From Octopus sinensis (lineage: Eukaryota): a stretch of 64,000 nt of DNA. Position 1 is the first letter of the stretch; each line of letters begins with the position of its first letter. The translations under genes and the position numbers were made by a program. Positions 25,891 through 36,332 of this stretch are shown in pieces. Below the pieces are notes generated by a model that was given only the letters and a program-made list of their open reading frames with translations, did no database searches and had not been told where the DNA came from. The stretch spans positions 36,158,464 through 36,222,463 of the forward strand of contig NC_043011.1 of the NCBI RefSeq assembly GCF_006345805.1, in the 5' to 3' direction.

Positions 25891-26706
25891 TTTCAACAAT
25901 TGAGGGTAAAATTAATTAATTTATTATTAATCAATTTCACCAAGTGTTCAGTATGTAAAGGGACCATTTAAGGCGAATTCAAAATATTACATTTTATAAA
26001 GGGCTTAGTAAAAAAATTACTTTGCCACATACTGAACTCATTAGAAATAGCAGCCAAAAAAAATTTTTTTAGCCATTTCTAATACTTAAAGAAAATTTCT
26101 CTCAGATAGTGTTTACTCAAAAAATAACCCACGAAGGTATGCGGGTAAAAACATTAAAAAATCACAAGTGCAAAGATTATTTGAGAACGTACGTTTCTAG
26201 ATCAGCCAAAATACAATTCGACATTTCTTTCGTCAGCTCAAAATTTCTTAATTCGGATTTGTAAACACTGAAAGTAGGAGCATACCCTTTTGGCGACTTT
26301 TCACCTCCGAAGATCCGTTCAAACTAACAGTGCCAACAAATTCAAAATATGCAAGCGAAGAATTTCTGCCTTCCCCTTCCACCCATGTGGGCTAAACTAG
26401 CAAACACCATGTTTTATCAGTGAAAACCGAAGCATTAAACAGAGAGAAATGAATTATAATTTCAACAATTGAGGGTAAAATTAATTAATTTATTATTAAT
26501 CAATTTCACCAAGTGTTCAGTATGTAAAGGGACCATTTAAGGCGAATTCAAAATATTACATTTTATAAAGGGCTTAGTAAAAAAATTACTTTGCCACATT
26601 GTTGAAATTATAATTCATTTCTCTCTGTTTAATGCTTCGGTTTTCACCGATAAAACATGGTGTTTGCTAGTTTAGCCCACGTGGGTGGAAGGGGAAGGCA
26701 AAAATT
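25891..26706 (-). mobile_element. Non-coding Penelope-like/retrozyme-like element: 569-bp monomer, 140-bp tandem repeat and 109-bp inverted copy, in (TA)n
   Basis: 25891-26030 = 26460-26599; 26598-26706 = reverse complement of 26361-26469; contains a hammerhead motif. Confidence 0.8.
26180..26242 (-). ncRNA. Type I hammerhead ribozyme motif
   Basis: UUUGAG-CUGACGA-[32-nt stem II]-GAAA-CGUACG-UU-CUCAAA; 6-bp stem I, palindromic stem III, GUU site. Confidence 0.75.
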
Positions 26707-26906
26707 ATATATATATATATATATAAGTTAAAGGTGTTTAAACCCTCTAAGGGAGAGATGTTTACTTCAGCATGGTACACAGAAACAGCTGTAAACTTGC
26801 TCTTACTCTCACCTTGCTTAACCAATTAAATAATGGATTTTTAACACCATAGACACTCTTGTCATTGTTGTTTTTCCTCCATTTTCTTATCGTATATATA
26901 TATATA

Positions 26907-27155
26907 TCATCATCATCATCATCATCATCATCGTTTAACGTCTGCTTTCCATGCTAGCATGGGTTGGACGATTTGACTGCAGACTGGGAAACAGATGGCT
27001 GCACCAGGCTCCAATCTGATTTGGCAGAGTTTCTACAGCTTGATGCCCTTCCTAACGCCAACCACTCCAAGAGTATAGTGGGTGCTTTTATGTGCCGCTG
27101 GCACGAGGGCTAGTCAGGCGGTACAGGCAACGGATATGCTCAAATGGTGTTTTTT
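26907..27155 (-). mobile_element. Family C retroposon
   Basis: (CAT)n-CGTTTAACGTCTGCTTTCCATGCTAGCATGGG... Confidence 0.8.
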
Positions 27156-27157
27156 AA

Positions 27158-27201
<44 letters not shown>

Positions 27202-27208
<7 letters not shown>

Positions 27209-27477
27209 ATATTTTGGAATGGTCATTTTGCCAGTTTAGCCAATAAAAACACACGCACTATATATTTGGTGTTATTTTGCTTCAGTGTTATTCATTTTTT
27301 ACATTAATCTTAATCGGCCGAAATAAGATTAAGATTAATGTAAAAAATAAAAACACTGAAGCAAAGTAACACCAAATATATAGTGCATGTGTTTTTATTG
27401 GCTAAACTGGCAAAATAACCATTCCGAAATACAACAATATCTGTTTCAACACACGACTTCACATAAAAAAATCTTGC

Positions 27478-27483
<6 letters not shown>
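27202..27483. mobile_element. (TA)n-embedded fold-back element (~115-bp arms)
   Basis: 27202-27315 inverted at 27326-27440; same family as 54868-55388. Confidence 0.8.
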
Positions 27484-27515
<32 letters not shown>

Positions 27516-27516
<1 letters not shown>

Positions 27517-27915
27517 TTATCCGTAATAATGAAGGGTGAAATTAATTAATTTGGAATAATTATCAATTACACCAAGTAGTCTTCGGCATGTAAAAGCCTC
27601 ATTCGAGGAAAATTTAAGTAATACTAAGCAATAAAGGGTTTAGCAACGAATTGCCTTACCACATACCGAATTTAGAAATAGCAGTCAAAGAGTTATAGCT
27701 ATTTCTTCTACTAAAAAGGGAGATCTCAGTAAAAACAGCAATTGGAAGGCAGACACAAACAGGTAAGAGAGAATGAATTGACGGCAATCTATCATACAAT
27801 TTTAAGTTATCTACGGACGTACGTTTCGAAATCAAGTTTTTAGGAAAGCATAAGAATTAAATATTAAATAATTCTATCTTACCAAAAACTTCTTTTCTCT
27901 TCAGCGTAGAATACT
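27516..27915 (-). mobile_element. Non-coding Penelope-like element related to 25891-26706, in (TA)n
   Basis: Shared blocks GGGT.AAATTAATTAATTT, TCAATT.CACCAAGT, ATAAAGGG.TTAG, CCACATAC.GAA, TTAGAAATAGCAG. Confidence 0.75.
27810..27910 (-). ncRNA. Type I hammerhead ribozyme motif with extended stem II
   Basis: UCUACG-CUGAAGA-GAAA...UUUC-GAAA-CGUACG-UC-CGUAGA; complete core, G-C closure, GUC site. Confidence 0.85.
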
Positions 27916-27951
27916 ATATATATATATATATATAATATATATATATAGATA

Positions 27952-28779
27952 CACGAGATCTGATCAATTAGTATCTGGACTGTTGGCATAGTAACGAACT
28001 TACACTGTGCAGATTGAATCCACTTGGCATAAATTGACCTTGATCTCTGTTGTGCATGTGCATTAAGTTTTAACATTCTAGTTCACTTCTGCTGTCTACA
28101 AAATGCTTGGAAGGAAGATGTGTAACATGTGATCGTCGGATTGACCATGACAGAGAAAGTTGTCATAGCGATACCTGCTCAGAGGCCTATGCAAAGTTAC
28201 AGAAAGTGTATGGAGAGAAGTGTATGAGCTGCATACAATTGAATGAGTGGTTCAGACATTTCCAAGATGGTTGAAAAAATGTCAATATTGACCAACATTC
28301 TGGGAGACCTGCAACCAGCAGAACTGAGAAAAACAAAAACATCATGGATGTGCAAACAGCTGTGAGAGGAAATCAGTGAATTACCATCTGTGTGTTATTA
28401 GAAGTTCAGTCCATTATTACTGAAGATTTTGGTATGAGATGCTTGTCTGCCAAGTTTGTGTTGGAACTGTTTTCAGCTGACCAAAACGACACTGGAGTTT
28501 CATTTGCACAAGACACCTTGATTGTGTCAAGAACGATGTAAACTTTTTGGAAACTTTGTGTAGGCCTCGACTTTCTCTGTCATGGTCAATGCGATGATCA
28601 CATGCTACACACCTTCCTTCCAAGCACTGCTGTAAACAGCAGAAGTAAGCTAGAATGTTAAAACTCAGTTTGCATGCACAGCAGAGGTTGTGGTCCATCT
28701 GTGTCAAGTGGCCTCACTCTGTGTGCTTTAGCTTCGTTACTATAGCAACAGTTTGGATACTTATTGACCAGACCATATG
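27952..28779 (+). mobile_element. mariner-derived non-autonomous element with ~210-bp inverted arms
   Basis: TA-flanked; 27952-28163 inverted at 28567-28779; internal DTCSEAYAKLQKVYGEKCMS..EWFRHFQDG..HSGRP (transposase HTH). Confidence 0.85.
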
Positions 28780-29851
28780 TATACATGCACACACACATAT
28801 ACACACACATACACGCATATATATATATATATGTACGACAGGCTTCTTTCAGTTTCTATCTTCCATATAAACTTGAAAAACTTTGGTAAGCCCAGCACCA
28901 TGGAAGAAGACACATACCTAAGGTTCCATGCAGTGGGACTGAATCCAGAACCATATGGCTGTGAAGCAATTGTCTAGCTACATAGCATAATAACTTTTAA
29001 TAAATTGTATTCATCTTGGCATTTGGAAACATCCATATCTCAAACAATGAGATTGGCTATATATAAGGATAAAGGGAAATTTTCTGAGACATCTTGCATA
29101 ATAACCTTTGATTATTCAGATTTACATATCATCAAACAATGTTAAGATTCACAAGAAAATACACTGCATTTTTTATCACTTATAAAAACAAAACTGACAA
29201 AAATTCAGAATAAAATATAAACAGAAAGACAAGAATTTACCAAAGCACATCAATAGAATGCTGCATGGCACTGATTATAACCATGTTCCGTAAGAATGAG
29301 ACATGGCTTTGATGTAGAATGTAGAAGTGGCTTCTTGGAATTGGACAAAATGTTAACAATGATGTAGACAAGGAATAAAGTGAAGATCAGTTGCAACTTT
29401 CATTCCATTGCCAAACTAATTTAATTAATATGACTAAAACTATCTTCTGTGACAAAGTTCAGAGGAAAAACAAAGTCTAATTAGATTTTGTCAGGTATCT
29501 TGCAGTAAATTTAAGAAGCACCTCAATGGATATGTATACATGACATGCAATCAGTATTCTGGTTTGGCATTTAGCTATGTGAAAGCTTTGTTCAATATTA
29601 ACAGATTCCTGGAGAGAATGGCAAGACAAAAGGCAGAGTGAAAAGATTTCTTGTCAACAGATGAGCAGTAAAAGCTATTAGCATTGAAAACAAAGAGTAA
29701 AATTATCGTCATTTTAATGTGTACTTTTCCATGCTTGTAAGGGTCAAATTAGAGCACGTTGGAACAAAGTTTTCTTTGACCAGTTGACTTCTTGTCACCG
29801 CATCCCCTTGTCTCAATATACGGCAATAATTTCTTTGTTTCATCATTGTCG

Positions 29852-29887
<36 letters not shown>

Positions 29888-30024
29888 ACATTTTACGCCT
29901 GTTTTCCATGCTGGCAATGGGTTGGGTAGTTTGGCTGAAAAATGGTAAGCTGGGGAGCTACACCAGGTTCCAGTTTGATTCGGCATGGAAACAGTTCAGA
30001 CAGATATTGCATAGCCTCGTATAT

Positions 30025-30896
30025 TTGGTCGGCCCGAGGCTATAGTAGAAGACACTTGCCCAAGGTGCCACGCAGTGGGACTGAACCCAGGAGCATGTGG
30101 TTTGTAAGCAAGCCACTTACCACACAGCCACTCCTACACCTATATATATATATATATATATATAATAACAATAATGGACTCTCCTGTCATTAGACAATGT
30201 ATGAGGGTTTGGAAATTTCTTACTGAACAACCACACAGATGATTTGTCTATAGTAACCAAATGTTTGTCTAGACATAAGCTCACTCCTTCCATCAAATCG
30301 ACATTACCTGTACAGGTGCAATTGGGTGTCACATGTCAGATGCAAGCAAATAACACCATGAGGAAGCAGTTGTTTACAACCCAGCAAATCCTAAGGAAAT
30401 ATGAACTCACTCACACAGACACAGATACATAAGCATGCATACATACATACATACATACATACATACATACATACATACATACATACATACACACATACAT
30501 ATATGTGTTTGAAATTCTTCTAGCTTCTGTCTACGAAATCCACTCGCGAGGCTTTGGTCAGCCTGAGGCTATAGTAGAAGACACTTGCCAATGGTGCCAC
30601 AGAGTGGGACTGAACTCAGAACCTTGTGGTTAGTAAGCAATCTACTTGCAACACAGCCACTCCTGCGCTTCTTTTATTCTTTTACTCTTTTACTTATTTC
30701 AGTCTTTTGACTGTGACCATGCTGGAGCACTGTTTTTAGTCGAACAAATCAATCCCAGGACTTATTCTTTGTAAGCCTAGTACATATTCTATTGGTCTCT
30801 ATTGCCGAACCGCTAAGTTATGGGGATGAAAACACACCAGCATCGGTTGTCAAGCAATGGTGGGGGACAAACATAGACACACTAACATATATGTAC

Positions 30897-30936
<40 letters not shown>

Positions 30937-31092
30937 GGCGGGATTCTCTCAGTTTCCGGCAATGAAATCCACTCACAAGGCTTTGGTCGGCCTGAAGTTA
31001 TAGTAGAAGACACTTTCCCAAGGTGCCATGTAGTGGGACTGAATCCGGAACTATGTGGTTGTGAAGCAAGCTTCTTACCACACACCCATGCC

Positions 31093-31093
<1 letters not shown>
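30025..31093 (-). mobile_element. Cluster of SINE family A pieces (30025-30141, 30510-30668, 30670-31093)
   Basis: Reverse-complement homology to family A. Confidence 0.8.
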
Positions 31094-31190
<97 letters not shown>

Positions 31191-31538
31191 GTATGTATGT
31201 ATGTATGTATATATATGTAAATGTCAAATGATGAAACTGAGTGCTCAACACCACATTGATGAATATAATTTCTTTATTTGTGAAATCAAGGTTACAATTG
31301 ATTTCATGTTAAGGAAAGTAGGAAAATATCCTAGTATCTTAACAATTTTTCAAGCCAATCACACAGAGAAATGTGCTTGCCTCCATTTTGGAAAATCTTG
31401 CCTCATATATTTCACAGAGAATCTCTGCAAACTAATGGATGTGAACTCCTTTATCCATGTGATCGACTTGAAAAATTGTTAACATACTAGGATATTTTAC
31501 TACTTTTCTTAACATGAAACCAAGAGTAGCCTTAATTC

Positions 31539-31571
<33 letters not shown>

Positions 31572-31573
<2 letters not shown>

Positions 31574-31745
31574 TTTGAAAAAATAAGGGTGGAAAATTGA
31601 ATATTAATTTGATTAATATTAATTTAAAACCACTGGTCTAGAATATAGAAAAATCTGAAGATTCAGAAAAGTCATATTACATATATATAGGAGGGATAAC
31701 CACTAAGTGGACATCCATATGCTTGGAGTTGCCCCCCTATGGTCT
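31572..31745 (-). mobile_element. Terminal fragment of a (TA)n-abutting element with the same end motif as the hammerhead elements
   Basis: (TA)n-AGTTTGAAAAAATAAGGGTGGAAAATTGAATATTAATTT resembles the ends at 25891 and 27516. Confidence 0.4.
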
Positions 31746-32384
31746 TACCACTAAGAAAGGAATGTTCTCAAGAAAATTTAGCAAACACCAGGACTGTAAT
31801 AGATTTCTGTCTTCATTGAGCCTATGGGATGATTTGAACTCAGAACTACAATTTAGTAAAGCACTCATCGATTACATAGTACCCCAGTTACCAATAGCAA
31901 TGAAATGTAGAACTCTGCATGTTAATTCAATGCCTTCTCTTTAAACTGAGTACAAATACATTTGTGTGTATATTATGCCTGTGCCTATATCGTTATTTCT
32001 TCCAGGAACACACAGACACAAACACACACACATACACACACACACACACACACATACACACACACACATGCATGCACATACACACACAAATGCATATATG
32101 TAAAACACCCAAGCAGTAAGGTTGTGGAAAGGTGTGGATCTATACATACATGCATCCAAAGAATCACAGACATAAATACCTTTTTACCTGATGCTAATTT
32201 GAAGGTGAATATTGCAGGTAAAAAGTTTCAGAGTCATACATATTTAATTGGACTTTTATAAACGAACAAATTCACGAAAAAATTTTGCTTGGAATAAGAT
32301 TGTTTTGAATCTCTTTTGTGACTGTTACTTTCAAATGTAAAGTAAATTATTTGTGGCAAACATACATATTTATGAAAAGATCAG

Positions 32385-32699
32385 GAGAGAGAAGGAAAGA
32401 GAGATATAAAATAAAGAGAGAGAGAGGGGGAAAGAGAGGGAGAGAGAGACAGAGGGTGGGTGCAGATGAGTGAAGTGAGAGAAAGCCTAAGTGGGAGAGA
32501 TGTAAAAAGAAATCAAATGAGGCAAAGTAGAATAAAGAAGAAATATGAAAGAGAAAGAGAGAGAGACAGTGAGAGAGAGAGATACAGTGAGAGAGAGAGA
32601 AACAGTGAGAGAGAGAGAGAGACAGAGAGAGGGAAAGAGAGACTGAATAAAAACTTTTATATTTCTATCTATGTGTCTATCTATCCATCTGTCTGCCTG

Positions 32700-32755
<56 letters not shown>

Positions 32756-32940
32756 CCTATCTACCTATCGATCTATCTATCTATCCATCTGTCTGTCGGT
32801 TTGTCTATCTGTCTGTCTGTCTATCTGTCAGTCTGTCTATCTATCTATCTATCAATCAATCTATCTGTCTGTCTGTCTGTCTATCTACCTATCTATCTGT
32901 CTGTCCGGCTGTCTGTCTGTCTATCTATCTATCTCTCTAT
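32385..32940. repeat. (GA)n-rich block followed by (TCTA)n/(TCTG)n
   Basis: Simple repeats. Confidence 0.95.
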
Positions 32941-32950
32941 CACCCGTTAA

Positions 32951-33405
32951 CCCTTTTGTTTCCATATTTCTGTTGAGATGCTCTGTGTTTCAAAGAAGTT
33001 AGTAAAACAAAGAATTTAGGAAAATAAATTAGTTATCATTTAGTGTTAGGAACATAAATTGTGATTAAGGTTTGGTAGAAGATTTTAATTCAGAACATTG
33101 GAAAACAAGACATTTGTACTACAGAGCCAGAGGTGTTTTCAATCAGGTTGGTATCAAAAGGGTTAAAAATATCATGGTGACTTTAACCCTTTCGTTACCA
33201 TATTTCTGTTGAGATGCTCCGTGTTTCTTTCAATTAATTTTAAATATAACAAAGAATTTAGTAAAATAACTTAGTTATCAAGCTAGTGTTAGGAACATAA
33301 TTTGTGACTATGGTTTGGTGGAAGATTTTAATTCAAAACTCATGATAACGAGACATTTGTATTACAGAGCTAGAGGCAGTTTCAAGCAGGTTGGTATCAG
33401 AACGG
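32951..33405. mobile_element. Two tandem piggyBac-type MITEs (32951-33162, 33187-33405)
   Basis: TTAA-CCCTTT...AAAGGG-TTAA termini, ~14-bp imperfect TIRs, homologous interiors. Confidence 0.8.
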
Positions 33406-33626
33406 TTAAACTCTGTAAAGCAGTTGTATTTAGGAACAGTATATCAGCTTGGGGGATTCAGAGGAGCTTGCACGGGACCACCAGTGATGGAGATCACTGG
33501 TGGACCTGGCCAGCTCTACACATGATGATGTCTTTGGGACCATTAACCTGGGATTACCCCAGCCCAGTGATGTCCCGCCTGGGTAGGCAAGGTAGGCAGT
33601 GCCTACCCTGAATAAAATATTTCAAT

Positions 33627-34305
33627 AGGCACAGGAGTGGCTGTGTGGTAAGTAGCTTGTTTATGAACCACAGGTTCAGTCCCACAGCATGGAACGTTGG
33701 ACATGTGTCTTTTACTATAACCTCGGACCAATAAAAGTCTTGTGAGTGGATTTGGTAGATGGAAACTGAAAAAAGCCCATCGTATATATGTATATATGTG
33801 TATATATATGTTTTTGTGCCTGTGTTTGTCCTCCCAACATTACTTGACAACGAATGCTGGTGTGTGTACATCCCCGTAACTTAGCAGTTGGGCAAAAGAG
33901 ACTGATAGAATAAGTACTAGACTTACAAAGAATAAGTCCTGGGGTCGATTTGCTCGACTAAAGGTGGTGCTCCGGCATGGCCACAGTCAAAATGGCCGAA
34001 ACAAGTAAAAAGAGAGTAACATTTTCCTATCATGGCAAAATATGCACCTACTTCAATATAATTATGAAGGTTACTCTGATTACTAGGCATAAAATGCAAT
34101 ATCTTATTTTTTGTAGCTATGTGCATAAATAAGGAATCAGGTGCAGGCATGGCTGTGTAGTAAGCAGTTTGCTTCCTAACCACGTGGTTCCAGGTTCAGT
34201 CCCACTGTGTGGTACATTGGGTAAGTGTTTTCTGCTATAGCCTCGGGCTGACCAAAGCCTTGTGAGTGGATTTGGTAGACGGAAACTGAAAGAAGCCCGT
34301 TGTAT

Positions 34306-34338
<33 letters not shown>

Positions 34339-34572
34339 GACATATATGTTTGTGTGTGTCTGTATGTCACCCCCACTATCATTTGACAACTGATGTTGGT
34401 GTTTTTATGTACCCGTTCCCTGTAACTTAGCAGTTCAGCAAAAGGAACCAATAGAATAAGTACTAGGCTTACGAAGAATAAGTCCTGGGGTTAATTTGTT
34501 CAACTAAAGGCAGTGCTCCTGCATGGCCACATTCAAATGACTGAAACAAGTAAAAGAATAAAAGTATAAAAG
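33627..34572 (+). mobile_element. Two SINE family A copies (33627-34018, 34140-34572)
   Basis: Homology to family A. Confidence 0.85.
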
Positions 34573-34716
34573 AATTTGGGTTTAGATTGGCAGAAGTACC
34601 ATTACAGTGTTGGACAGAGTAATTTATAGTGTTTGTTTTGGTTCTTTATTATTCTGGAAACCAACTTTGCCTTTCATCACTCCAAGTACTAAGGGGTTGG
34701 TTTAATTGATAAACCA

Positions 34717-34834
34717 GAATATTTGCTGTAGCCCATCTTTTATACCAAGACAAAACAATGTACATGATAATACTTCCAATCAGTTAAGATCAGAAGCCAT
34801 GAGAGCCACTACCTAGTACTGCATCAGGGCATTT
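34717..34834 (-). mobile_element. Fragment of TAA-associated family E
   Basis: Reverse complement of 51698-51817; abuts (TTA)n. Confidence 0.8.
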
Positions 34835-34876
34835 ACTTTTATTATTATTATTATTATTGTTAACATCATTATTATT

Positions 34877-34909
<33 letters not shown>

Positions 34910-34924
34910 ATTATTATTATTATT

Positions 34925-35225
34925 AATGTAGTGGACTACACTCATGGAGTGGTTGGTGTTAGGAAGGGCATCCAGCTGTAGAAACATTGCCAGATAAGAC
35001 TGGAGCCTGGTGCAGCCTTCTGGCTTTCCAGATCCCCGGTCGAACCATCCAACCCATGCTAGCATGGAGAACGGACGTTAAACGATGATGATGATGATGA
35101 TGATGATTATTATTATCTAAAGTAGAAAGTTGGCAGAATCGTAGTGTGCTGGACAAAATACTTAGCGGTATTTCATCCATTGCTGTGTTCCAAGTTCAAA
35201 TTCCGTCGAGGCCAACTTTGCCTTG
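34925..35225 (+). mobile_element. Family C 3' end followed by a partial SINE family B
   Basis: GGTTGGTGTTAGGAAGGGCATCC...GGACGTTAAACGATGATG, then TGGCAGAATCGTAG...GTTCAAATTCCG. Confidence 0.75.
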
Positions 35226-35463
35226 TGCCTCCAGGAGAAAGGATTTTTATCATTCAGTCCCACTGTGTGTCACCTTGCCCAGGTGTCTTTTCCTATAGCT
35301 TCAGGCTGACCATAGCCTTGTGAGTGGATTTGGCAGACGGAAACTTCATATATGTGTGTGTGTGCATGTGCGTATGTGTGTGTGTGTTTGTGTGTGTGTT
35401 TGTGTCTGTCTATACCCCCACCATCACTTGCCTCCAGTAGAATGGATTATTATTATATTATTA

Positions 35464-35496
<33 letters not shown>

Positions 35497-36332
35497 CATT
35501 ATTATTTTTATTTGATATCTGTATCAGTCCTTCCTATTGTTTCTCAAATCATCCAAAGAACCAGGATAGAAATAATTTTTGAAAAATTAATAAAATAATG
35601 TCACGATTCACAGAAACTTTCCAGCAAGAATTTTGATGAGAACACTTATTCTTCGACTCTATTCATGTAAGAATTTACCCTTTATATCAATATGTTTCAA
35701 TCATTGCTCATGAGTAGACTTCCCGCAGAGGTCAGCAGTGATGTGAGAGATAACACATTTATGCAACTCTTTATTTATTTAATTAAAGTGAACAAAATAT
35801 AACAATAATTCTACAAGAAGAGAAAATAAAATTCACTGTATTATTCTATTTCATCTTTTTTTTTTTACTTTTTCCTTTTATATGCTTCAACATTTCATTA
35901 CATAGAATAAAAAAATATATATATAAATATACATATATGTAAATGGAAAAGATAAAATAGCTGAAAACCCAGAAGGGAATTGAAGGAGAAATTGAATGGT
36001 TTACAAAATAATTAATTTTACAAAACCTGAAACGGAATCAAAAAAGAACAAAATTGCATTGAAATTGCCATCATTTTTCATTGCATGAGTAAACTAGTTC
36101 AATAATGATAATGTAAATATTGATAATGGTTTTTTGTTTCTCTCTCTTTAATCTTCCATCGGAAACATCTGTGTACCATTGTAGAAAACTTAGAAAAATG
36201 ATTATTATGTAACGCATTTTCACTACAATATCATGACACCCTCCATAGTTACAGTAAGACTGATGATTATATAAAACAGATGTAAAAAAAAAAATTATAC
36301 AGATATGTTGATCTAAATTATGGAATCAAACA

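Noticed and set aside
26725-26895. GAAACAGCTGTA (hammerhead 3' half with palindrome) in a TA-flanked segment
   Set aside because: No recognisable CUGANGA box upstream; at most a decayed remnant
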